A stretch of DNA of 64,000 bases from Hyalangium minutum. GTDB lineage: Bacteria > Myxococcota > Myxococcia > Myxococcales > Myxococcaceae. Shown in pieces: positions 56,289-64,000 of the stretch. Both the position numbers and the translations under genes were made by a program. Within the stretch, counting starts at the first letter, position 1. The number at the start of each line of letters is the position of its first letter. Location: the NCBI RefSeq assembly GCF_000737315.1, contig NZ_JMCB01000018.1:62001-126000 (forward strand), in the 5' to 3' direction. Under the pieces are notes generated by a model, which saw only the letters and a program-made list of their open reading frames with translations, was not told the DNA's origin and ran no database searches.

Positions 56289-57770
56289 GTGCGGTTGCAA
56301 AGCTGGCACAAAGCCTTGGCTTGGAGCGTGGCGCTGGCGTTCGTCGGTATCACGCTGGCCCGGCTCTACCCGGACAGCTACCAGCAGGACGGGGGCGCGC
56401 ACTATGCGCTCACCCGCTGGGCCTTTGATCATCCGTGGTTCTTCGTGAAGGTATGGGCCCGTCCCCTCTTCGAGGCCGTCTACGCGGTGCCCGCGCAGTG
56501 GGGCCAGCCCGTGGCGAAGCTCGTCACCGTCGCCGTGTGCCTGGCCACCGGCTGGCACACCTTCCGGCTCGCCGAGCAGCTCGGGCTCGCCCGGCCCCAC
56601 CTGGCCATTCCGCTGGTGTGGTTCCAGCCCTCCTGGCTGCTGCTGTGCTCCGAGATGATGACCGAGCCCCTCTTCGCGCTCGTCTTCGTCCTCGCGTTGA
56701 GGCTCCACCTGGCGGGCCGCGTCGTGGCGGGCCTGTGGACCGCCTCGCTCCTGATCCTGGCCCGGCCCGAGGGCTTCTTCCTCGGCATCCTGTGGGGCCT
56801 GTGGATCCTCCTCGACCGGCGCGATCCCCAGCCCCTGTGGAAGCGGCTCCCCTCCACCCTGCGGCTTGCCGCAGGCTTCGGGCTGTGGTGGCTGGCCTCG
56901 GTCGCGATCACAGGCAACCCGCTGTTCATCCTCGATGACTGGCCCAGGGACTGGGACGCGACCAACGGCGCCTACGGCACCGAGCCGTTCTGGAGCTACG
57001 CCCTTCGCCTGCCCGAGATCGTGGGGCCCCTGTTCGCGATCCCGTTCCTCCTGGGGCTGGGCCTCCTGCTCTTCCGCCGCCAGCTCGGGACGCTCACCTC
57101 GTCGTTCCTCCTGTTCTTCCTGCTGCACTCCGTGTTCCGGACCCTGGGGGTGTTCGGCGAAGCGGGCTATCCGCGCTACTTCGTCAGCGTGGCACCCGCC
57201 ATGGCCCTCATCACCCTGATCGGATGGAACACGATCACCGGGAAGCTCTCTCTCCCCCTCTTCACGGGGACGCTGGGAGCGCTCGGGCTGGGCGCCTCGG
57301 CCGCGGCGGCGTTCATCTACGTGGATGCCGCCGAGTCGTCTCGCGACGCATGGGCCATCGACGCCACCCTGGCCCGCTTCCGCGAGTCGCCGCGCGAGGT
57401 GCTCCGGATCCATGCCAGCCATCGCTACATGTACGCCGTGCTCGACTACGACCCCAAGCTGGCACCGGCATTCACAGCGGATCGGGAGCACAACCAGAAG
57501 GTCCTCCGAGAAGCTCCCGCGGGCACGCTCGTTGTCTGGGAAGACCACATTGGCCCCTCCTGGTACCACCTGGAGGAGAAGGACATCGAGGCGCTGGGCT
57601 ACACGCTGCTGCGCTCCGATACCTCCGTGCTCACGGGCAAGTGGCTGAAGGACTCACCGGGTCTCTTCTTTGACTACGGTAGCGGCGTCTTGACGCGGGA
57701 GCGCTCGAGTTGGCCCGGCTTCGGCGGGCCTCGCACCGTGAGGGTGTCGCTCCTCTATAAGGAGCACTGA
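56289..57770 (+). CDS. Polytopic membrane protein, GT-C (ArnT/PMT-like) glycosyltransferase-like
   Basis: More than 10 TM segments; first loop QQDGGAHY...W.RPLF; MTEPLFA, ARPEG and GYPRYF; soluble C-terminal domain. Confidence 0.65.
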   Translation: MRLQSWHKALAWSVALAFVGITLARLYPDSYQQDGGAHYALTRWAFDHPWFFVKVWARPLFEAVYAVPAQWGQPVAKLVTVAVCLATGWHTFRLAEQLGLARPHLAIPLVWFQPSWLLLCSEMMTEPLFALVFVLALRLHLAGRVVAGLWTASLLILARPEGFFLGILWGLWILLDRRDPQPLWKRLPSTLRLAAGFGLWWLASVAITGNPLFILDDWPRDWDATNGAYGTEPFWSYALRLPEIVGPLFAIPFLLGLGLLLFRRQLGTLTSSFLLFFLLHSVFRTLGVFGEAGYPRYFVSVAPAMALITLIGWNTITGKLSLPLFTGTLGALGLGASAAAAFIYVDAAESSRDAWAIDATLARFRESPREVLRIHASHRYMYAVLDYDPKLAPAFTADREHNQKVLREAPAGTLVVWEDHIGPSWYHLEEKDIEALGYTLLRSDTSVLTGKWLKDSPGLFFDYGSGVLTRERSSWPGFGGPRTVRVSLLYKEH

Positions 57771-57971
57771 GCCGCCTCCACCGTGACACCGCAACGTGAC
57801 CGCCTGGTTGCTCCTTCGCCAGACGTTCGCGACACGCTGCGGCACGAGTTGATCGCACGAGAAGGCTGGGTGAAATCTGCCCCCATCCGCGAGGCATGTG
57901 GCGGGATGCGGACAGTCACCCTCCCCGGATAACCTCCCGCCCCTCTCCAATCCGGAAGAGGAACGCACGAC

Positions 57972-59966
57972 ATGATGAAGATTCGAACGGGTCGCACGCT
58001 GCAAGCGGCACTTCTCGCGGGCTCACTGTCCCTGGCGGCGTGTACCGGCGATCAAGGTCCTCAAGGGGCACAGGGTCCCGTGGGAGACGTAGGAACCCCC
58101 GGCCCCGTAGGCCCCGTAGGCCCTCCGGGCGATCCGGGCCCCGCGGGCACCATGAAATGGCTCTCTTTCGCGGACGTGGGCTTCCCCCGCACCAATGCGG
58201 AGAAGCATCAGGTCCGCGCGTCGTCGCGGGTCAACGTCAACGGCACCGAGCACCCCATCAGCTTCACGACGATTCTGCGCGGCGGCCAGGACCCGGCGCG
58301 GCCCGAGCGCCAGTGCGATCTCGTCAACAGCCCCAACACCTGCCTGAACGTCCTGCTGTCGCGCACGGGCCAGCCGCTGCGCGATGACGCGGGCCAGGTC
58401 ATCATCACCAACGCCCACGACAACACCTCGTTCATCCAGGTGGGCGGCAAGACGTTCATGTACAGCTCCACCGAGTCGTACCCAGCGAACATGTTCGTGA
58501 CGTCCATCAACCAGGACGCCAACGGCAACCTCTCGGCGACCGCGACGAAGGCCCTCGACACCTCGCCCATCGACGGCTTCTGGTACTCGTGCGCGGGCTC
58601 GAAGTCGCCGTGGAACACGCACATGGCCTCCGAGGAGTTCCCGCCGGACGCCCGCTTCGTGCAGGAGCGCACCAGCTGGAGCGACCTGAAGGCGAGGGCC
58701 ACCTCGCCCACGTTCGCCGAGTTCAAGCTCATGGCGCAGTACTTCGGCGTGAACCTGACCGACGCGGACATGGACGGCGTGCCGGATGGCGACTACCGCA
58801 CCACCTTCCTGTCGACGTTCTCGCCCTACTTCGCCGGCTTCCCGGTGGAGATCACCCTGGACGAGAACGGCAACGGCTCGCTCAAGAAGCACTACGCGAT
58901 GGGGCGCGGCTCGGTCGAGGTGCCGTACGTGATGCCGGACAACAAGACGGTCCTGCTCACGGATGACGGCGCGAACGTGGGCCTCTACATGTTCGTGGCG
59001 GACACGGAAAAGGACCTGAGCGCGGGCACGCTGTACGCGATGCGCGCCTACCAGACGAGCCCTCGCGGCGGGGCGATCTTCACCGCCGACATCGAGTGGA
59101 TCAACCTGGGCCACGCGACGAACGACCAGATTCGCGCCTTCATCCACCCGTCGAGCGGCGCGCGCATCACCTTCGCGGACATCTTCGAGGCGGAGACGCC
59201 GAACGGGGATGGCACCTGCCCGACGGCGGGCTTCAAGGCGGTGCGCGGCGCGAACTCGGAGAACCTGGAGTGCCTCAAGCTGAAGGCGGGCATGGAGCTG
59301 CCGGCCTCGCGCTTCGAGACGCGGCGCTACGCGGCCCTGCTCGGCGCCACCACCGAGCTGAACAAGGAGGAGGGCCTCACCTACGATCCGGACTCGCACA
59401 CGGTCTACATCGCGCTGACGGAGATCGCCAAGGGCATGATCACGCAGCCGGGCGGAGATGATCACATCAGCGTGGCGGCCAACGCGTGCGGCGGCGTGTT
59501 CGGGCTGAACGTGGGCTCGTACACCAACGCGGACGGAGCGGTGGTGACGAAGTACGCGCCCCTCAACTGGTACCCCATCATCATGGGCGTGCCCGTCAGC
59601 TACCCGGCGGGCAGCGAGTACACGGGCAACTCGTGCAGCGTCAACGGGCTGGCCAGCCCGGACAACGTGACGTACCTGCCCGGGTACAACACGCTGATCA
59701 TCGGTGAGGACACCAGCGGCCATCAGAACGACGCCATCTGGTCGTTCAACACGGTGACGAAGAAGCTCGAGCGCATCATGACGACGCCTTACGGCTCGGA
59801 GACGACCTCGCCGTACTGGTACCCGGACCTGAATGGCCACGGCTACCTCATTGGCGTGGTGCAGCACCCGTACGGTGAGACGGACGCGGTGCGTATCTCG
59901 GATCCCGAGGCGACGGGCCGCGCCAGCTACGTCGGCGTCTTCGGTCCGTTCCCGCCGCTGAAGTAG
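57972..59966 (+). CDS. phoX: PhoX-family (DUF839) alkaline phosphatase lipoprotein with a collagen-like stalk
   Basis: Lipobox LAAC, then (Gly-X-Y)~11 GDQGPQGAQGPVG... PhoX-like motifs CAGSKSPWNTHMASEE, MGR.SVE, TDDG, SPDN, GED and VVQHP. Confidence 0.8.
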   Translation: MMKIRTGRTLQAALLAGSLSLAACTGDQGPQGAQGPVGDVGTPGPVGPVGPPGDPGPAGTMKWLSFADVGFPRTNAEKHQVRASSRVNVNGTEHPISFTTILRGGQDPARPERQCDLVNSPNTCLNVLLSRTGQPLRDDAGQVIITNAHDNTSFIQVGGKTFMYSSTESYPANMFVTSINQDANGNLSATATKALDTSPIDGFWYSCAGSKSPWNTHMASEEFPPDARFVQERTSWSDLKARATSPTFAEFKLMAQYFGVNLTDADMDGVPDGDYRTTFLSTFSPYFAGFPVEITLDENGNGSLKKHYAMGRGSVEVPYVMPDNKTVLLTDDGANVGLYMFVADTEKDLSAGTLYAMRAYQTSPRGGAIFTADIEWINLGHATNDQIRAFIHPSSGARITFADIFEAETPNGDGTCPTAGFKAVRGANSENLECLKLKAGMELPASRFETRRYAALLGATTELNKEEGLTYDPDSHTVYIALTEIAKGMITQPGGDDHISVAANACGGVFGLNVGSYTNADGAVVTKYAPLNWYPIIMGVPVSYPAGSEYTGNSCSVNGLASPDNVTYLPGYNTLIIGEDTSGHQNDAIWSFNTVTKKLERIMTTPYGSETTSPYWYPDLNGHGYLIGVVQHPYGETDAVRISDPEATGRASYVGVFGPFPPLK

Positions 59967-59972
59967 CTTCCG

Positions 59973-60003
59973 GGTCCGGGCCGTCCTCGTGACGGCCCGG
60001 GCC
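59973..60003 (+). terminator. Hairpin between phoX and the CxxCH lipoprotein gene
   Basis: ccgggccgtc (59976-59985) / gacggcccgg (59991-60000), 5-nt loop, extendable by 3 bp; no U-tract. Confidence 0.55.
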
Positions 60004-60041
60004 TTGGAGTGGTCCCCCCTCTCACAGGAGCTCGTTGAAGG

Positions 60042-61847
60042 ATGTGGATGCCGCCGCGTGACTTGCTGTTGCCGCTCTCGCTGCTCCTCGCGGTCTGTGC
60101 CTGCCGTGGCACGGAGTCCAAGACCCCGGATGCGGGGACCCCAGGCGCTCCCAGTGCCGATGCGGGGCTGGCCCGGGTGGCATCACCGGATGATGTGCTC
60201 ACGCACGTCACGCCTTACATCCCACCGCAGTGCTACACGAAGACCCAGGGCGAGAAGGGGCGCACGCACAACCCCTGCTTCGTGTGCCACCAGGGCTCTC
60301 GCCCTCCCAACTACATCGATGACGCCGCGGTGCAGCTCGACTTCGCCTTCCCCCGAGCGGCGAAGCGCAACCCCTGGACGAACCTCTTCGTGGATCGGCG
60401 CCAAGCGGTCGCGGCCATGCCGGACGAGGAGATCCTCGCGTACGTCCGCCAGAGCAACTACCTCGATCCCGACAGCTCGCCGATCCTCGCGCGCACGCTC
60501 CAGCAAGTCCCCAAGGAGTGGGACGCGGATCACAATGGCCGCTGGGACGGGTGGGTGCCGGACCTCGCGTTCTCCTTCGACGCTCGCGGTTTCGATCGCC
60601 GGCCGGATGGGAGCCTGACGGGCTGGCGCGCGTTCGCGTACTACCCCTTCCCTGGCACCTTCTGGCCCACCAATGGCTCGTTCGGGGACGTGATGATCCG
60701 CCTCCCCGAGTCCTTCCGTCAGGACGAGAGCGGCCAGCCGGACACCGAGGTGTATGGGCTCAACCTCGCCATTCTCGAGTCGCTGGTGGCCCGCCGGGAT
60801 GTCCCCATCGCTCCGGTCCAGGAGACCAGGCTCGGCGTCGATCTCGATGGCGATGGCAAGCTCGGGACGGCCAAGCAGGTGAAGTTCACGTGGGCACCAC
60901 CTCAGCGCACCATGAGCTGGGTGGGCCGTGCGCGCACGCTGCAACAGAAGGACGAGCTCCACCTCGCGGCGGGCCTCTTCCCGGAGGGGACGGAGTTCGC
61001 GCATACCGTGCGCTACCTCGACGTGGTGGACGGAAAGCCCCGGATGGCGGCGCGGCTGAAGGAGCTGCGCTACATGGTCAAGAAGGGCTGGCTCCGGTAC
61101 GGAGAGCTCATGCAGGCCTCCGGGCGCGAGGCGCTCGAGGCGGTGCAGAGCCCCGACAAGACGCGCAGCATCGGCGGCAGCACCGAGCAGGGGATCGGCA
61201 ACGGCTCGGGCTGGCGTCTTCAGGGCTTCATCGAGGACGCCAGCGGCCAGCTGCGCCCCCAGACGCGCGAGGAGCACGCGTTCTGCATCGGCTGCCACTC
61301 GGGCATTGGCGCGACGGATGACAGCGTCTTCTCGTTTGGCCGCAAGCTGCCCGCTTCGGAGTTCCAGGCGGGGTGGTTCCACTGGTCCCAGCGCGGACTG
61401 GAGGGTGTGCGCGAGCCGGTGCGAGCGGACGGCCAAGGTGAGTACACGTACTATCTGGAGCACAACGGCGCGGGCGACGAGCTGCGCGCGAACACGGAGG
61501 TGCTGGAGCGCTTCTTCACCCCCGAGGGCGCGCTCCGGCCGGAAGCCACCCAGGCCCTCCGCGCCAACATCTCCCCTCTGCTCCTGCCGAGCCCCGCTCG
61601 GGCCCTGCAGTTGGACAAGGCGTACAGGCTGATCGTCCGCGAGCAGAGCTTCACACGCGGGCGGGATGCCACCGTGGAGCCCGCCAGCAACGTCCACCGG
61701 GAGCTCCCGGCCGAAGACAAGGCGCTCGAGACGGGCGTGGAGGATCCGCTGCCCGGGCCTCACGAGGGCAAAGTCGCCCGGTATCCAGGACTCCCGGGGG
61801 CGGCGCGGCCCGCTCCGAAGCCCGTGAGCGCCAAGTCCTCGCCCTGA
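60042..61847 (+). CDS. Uncharacterised lipoprotein with two CxxCH haem c-binding motifs
   Basis: Lipobox AVCAC; CFVCH at 60276-60290; CIGCH at 61284-61298. Confidence 0.8.
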   Translation: MWMPPRDLLLPLSLLLAVCACRGTESKTPDAGTPGAPSADAGLARVASPDDVLTHVTPYIPPQCYTKTQGEKGRTHNPCFVCHQGSRPPNYIDDAAVQLDFAFPRAAKRNPWTNLFVDRRQAVAAMPDEEILAYVRQSNYLDPDSSPILARTLQQVPKEWDADHNGRWDGWVPDLAFSFDARGFDRRPDGSLTGWRAFAYYPFPGTFWPTNGSFGDVMIRLPESFRQDESGQPDTEVYGLNLAILESLVARRDVPIAPVQETRLGVDLDGDGKLGTAKQVKFTWAPPQRTMSWVGRARTLQQKDELHLAAGLFPEGTEFAHTVRYLDVVDGKPRMAARLKELRYMVKKGWLRYGELMQASGREALEAVQSPDKTRSIGGSTEQGIGNGSGWRLQGFIEDASGQLRPQTREEHAFCIGCHSGIGATDDSVFSFGRKLPASEFQAGWFHWSQRGLEGVREPVRADGQGEYTYYLEHNGAGDELRANTEVLERFFTPEGALRPEATQALRANISPLLLPSPARALQLDKAYRLIVREQSFTRGRDATVEPASNVHRELPAEDKALETGVEDPLPGPHEGKVARYPGLPGAARPAPKPVSAKSSP

Positions 61848-61848
61848 C

Positions 61849-62393
61849 TCAGGGGACGATCTGGATCTGGGCGATGCCCTCGAACTCGACGGCGCTGCCC
61901 TTCGTCACGCCCACCGACTGGCTCCAGCCAGCGGGGACCTCGAGCACGTACTGGCTGGGGGCACCCACCGAGCGCGCCGTGAGCGTGCGCGGCTGGGCCC
62001 GCTCGACAATGCCTGCCACCTTCATCTGCGAGTTGATGAAGATCATGTCCAGCGAGATGAGCGTGTTGCGCATCCAGAAGCTCTGCACCTCTTCGTCCGG
62101 GAAGAGGAAGAGCATGCCCTTGCCAGCCGCCATCTCCGTGCGCCACATCAGCCCGCGGGTGCGCGCATCCGGAGTCGCAGCCACCTCCACCTCCACCCGG
62201 TGCACTCCTCCGAAGGCGTCGTGCAGGCGCACGAACGCTCGCGGCAGCGTCGGCATCACATAGTCCTTCGCGGTCACGTCCGTTGGGGGAGGAGTCGGGG
62301 CCGGCGGCGGCTTGCCCTGGGCCTCGGGCGCCTGGCAGGCCAGCACCAACAGCAGCGCGGCGCCCACCGCATGCACGGAAGCGCGGCGCAGGC

Positions 62394-62397
<4 letters not shown>
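61849..62397 (-). CDS. DUF192 family lipoprotein
   Basis: VEVAATPDARTRGLMWR, GMLFLF, FWMRNTLISLDMIF and YVLEVPAG. Confidence 0.92.
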
Positions 62398-62786
<389 letters not shown>

Positions 62787-62811
62787 GCTGGCGCGGAGTA
62801 TAGGGGAGCCT

Positions 62812-63999
62812 ATGCAGCAAGTCCTGTGGTCCCGCGCTTCTGCCCTATTGCGTCGCCCCGCCGTTCTCATTGTGGCGGGTGTGATGGCCCTGGGGGGCTC
62901 TTGCCTTGTCTTCCTGCCGCTCTTCGGGCTGCCGGGCTTCGAGCTGGGACTGGCCCTCTCGATCGCCGTGGGCCTGCTGGGCGGTGGGGTGGGCATCGCC
63001 GCCGCGGCCCAGGAGCGCCGCGTCATCCGGGGCGAAGAGCCCCGCCTCCAGACGCTCCCCCGCCCCGAGCACCGGGGACAGGCGGTGGCCCTGGCCCTTG
63101 GCACCGCGCTGCTGGTGAACGGGGCCGTCCTCGTGCCCCCCTTCCTCAGTTCCACCCTCTTCGCGCTCTTTTCAACCCAGTGCGATCCGTTCGAGCTGGT
63201 GGGCTTCTACCCGCTGCTCACCGTGCCCTCTGCGGTGCTCTCCGCCGCCGCGGGCGTCCTCTGCGGCTTCTGGATCCGGCGGCCCGGCCGGGCCGTGCTC
63301 GCCTACATCGGGCTGGTGCTCCTGTCCGGGGTCCACACCGCGTGGCCCATCATCGCCGGGCCCCAGGTGTACGCCTTCAACCACTTTCTCGGACATCTCC
63401 CCGGCCCCCTCTATGACGAGGCGCTGGCGGTGACACCGAAGCTGCTCTGGTTCCGGCTGGAGACGGTGCTGCTGGCCGGGCTGCTCGCGCTGCTCACCGC
63501 CGTGAGCCTGGACGTGAAGGAAGGACGCCTCACCCGGCCGCGCCCCTCACTCGGAGGCTGGGTGCTGCTGGCGCTGCTGGTGGGGGCTTTGGCCCTCCTG
63601 GAGGGGAACGGGCCGGCGCTCGGGCTGCGGATGACGCACGAGTACCTGGCCGAGCAGCTCGGCGGGGTGCGCGACACGGAGCACTTCCGGCTGCACTACC
63701 CGCGGGGCATGAATCGCGAGGCGGTGGAGCGGATGGCGAGGGACCTCGAGTTCCGCCACCACCAGCTCTCCCAGTTCCTCGGCGGTGGACCTGCGGAGCG
63801 GATCCGCGTCTACCTCTATAAGACGGAGGAGGAGAAGCAGGCACTGGTGGGTGCGGGCCGGACGCAGTTCGCCAAGCCGTGGCTCGCCGAGCTGCACATC
63901 AACGACAAGCCCTTCCCCCACACCAGCCTGCACCACGAGCTGGCGCACGTGATGGCGGGCCCGGCGGGGAGCGGCCCATTCCAGGTCACCACGCGCCTG
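62812..63999 (+). CDS. Membrane protein with an extracytoplasmic HExxH zinc-peptidase (MA clan-like) domain, 3' end beyond the window; absent from the ORF track
   Basis: Manual translation from ATG 62812: MQQVLWSR..., about 7 TM segments, then EHFRLHY...RIRVYLY...QFAKPW.AELHI...LHHELAHV; frame open to the window edge. Confidence 0.8.
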   Translation, partial: MQQVLWSRASALLRRPAVLIVAGVMALGGSCLVFLPLFGLPGFELGLALSIAVGLLGGGVGIAAAAQERRVIRGEEPRLQTLPRPEHRGQAVALALGTALLVNGAVLVPPFLSSTLFALFSTQCDPFELVGFYPLLTVPSAVLSAAAGVLCGFWIRRPGRAVLAYIGLVLLSGVHTAWPIIAGPQVYAFNHFLGHLPGPLYDEALAVTPKLLWFRLETVLLAGLLALLTAVSLDVKEGRLTRPRPSLGGWVLLALLVGALALLEGNGPALGLRMTHEYLAEQLGGVRDTEHFRLHYPRGMNREAVERMARDLEFRHHQLSQFLGGGPAERIRVYLYKTEEEKQALVGAGRTQFAKPWLAELHINDKPFPHTSLHHELAHVMAGPAGSGPFQVTTRL

Positions 64000-64000
64000 T

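Overview
This is very GC-rich myxobacterial chromosomal DNA (Cystobacterineae-like). The assignment rests on the gliding-motility gltB-gltA-gltC/cglC locus, MYXO-CTERM proteins, a TIGR02266 PilZ protein and many lipoproteins. The core backbone appears syntenic with the M. xanthus MXAN_256x-252x region (from recall, not searched). It runs: moaD-moaE fusion, PKD lipoprotein/beta-barrel/MYXO-CTERM operon, asd-like gene, tsaB-rlpA-rseP-cdsA-uppS, Ser/Thr kinase-rluD, yjbQ/dinB, mtnBDC, pcnB, a 1789-aa S8 protease, App1-like phosphatase-plsX-MFS, gltCAB/cglC, vWA protein, purEK, ybaK, DUF192, PilZ. Accessory material is interleaved: (1) a pair of overlapping lipoprotein genes, the first with a JAB/JAMM-like HxH..SxxD motif (6.6-8.1 kb); (2) a SitA-like lipoprotein nuclease toxin broken by an apparent internal deletion and frameshift, with its putative immunity gene intact (15.0-17.9 kb); (3) a doubly truncated RecQ-helicase/DprA (PsyrTA/RqlHI-like) relic (44.4-46.0 kb); (4) a block with a Kelch/Ig lipoprotein, two methyltransferases, DUF2064, an EAL-CBS-GGDEF protein and a GT-C-like protein; (5) a collagen-stalked PhoX lipoprotein without a twin-arginine signal, followed by an uncharacterised two-CxxCH lipoprotein (58-61.8 kb). 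The best candidates for an undescribed system are the PhoX plus di-haem lipoprotein pair and the JAB-lipoprotein pair. I found no rRNA, tRNA, CRISPR array, integrase or transposase. All family calls come from motif reading by eye; no searches were run.
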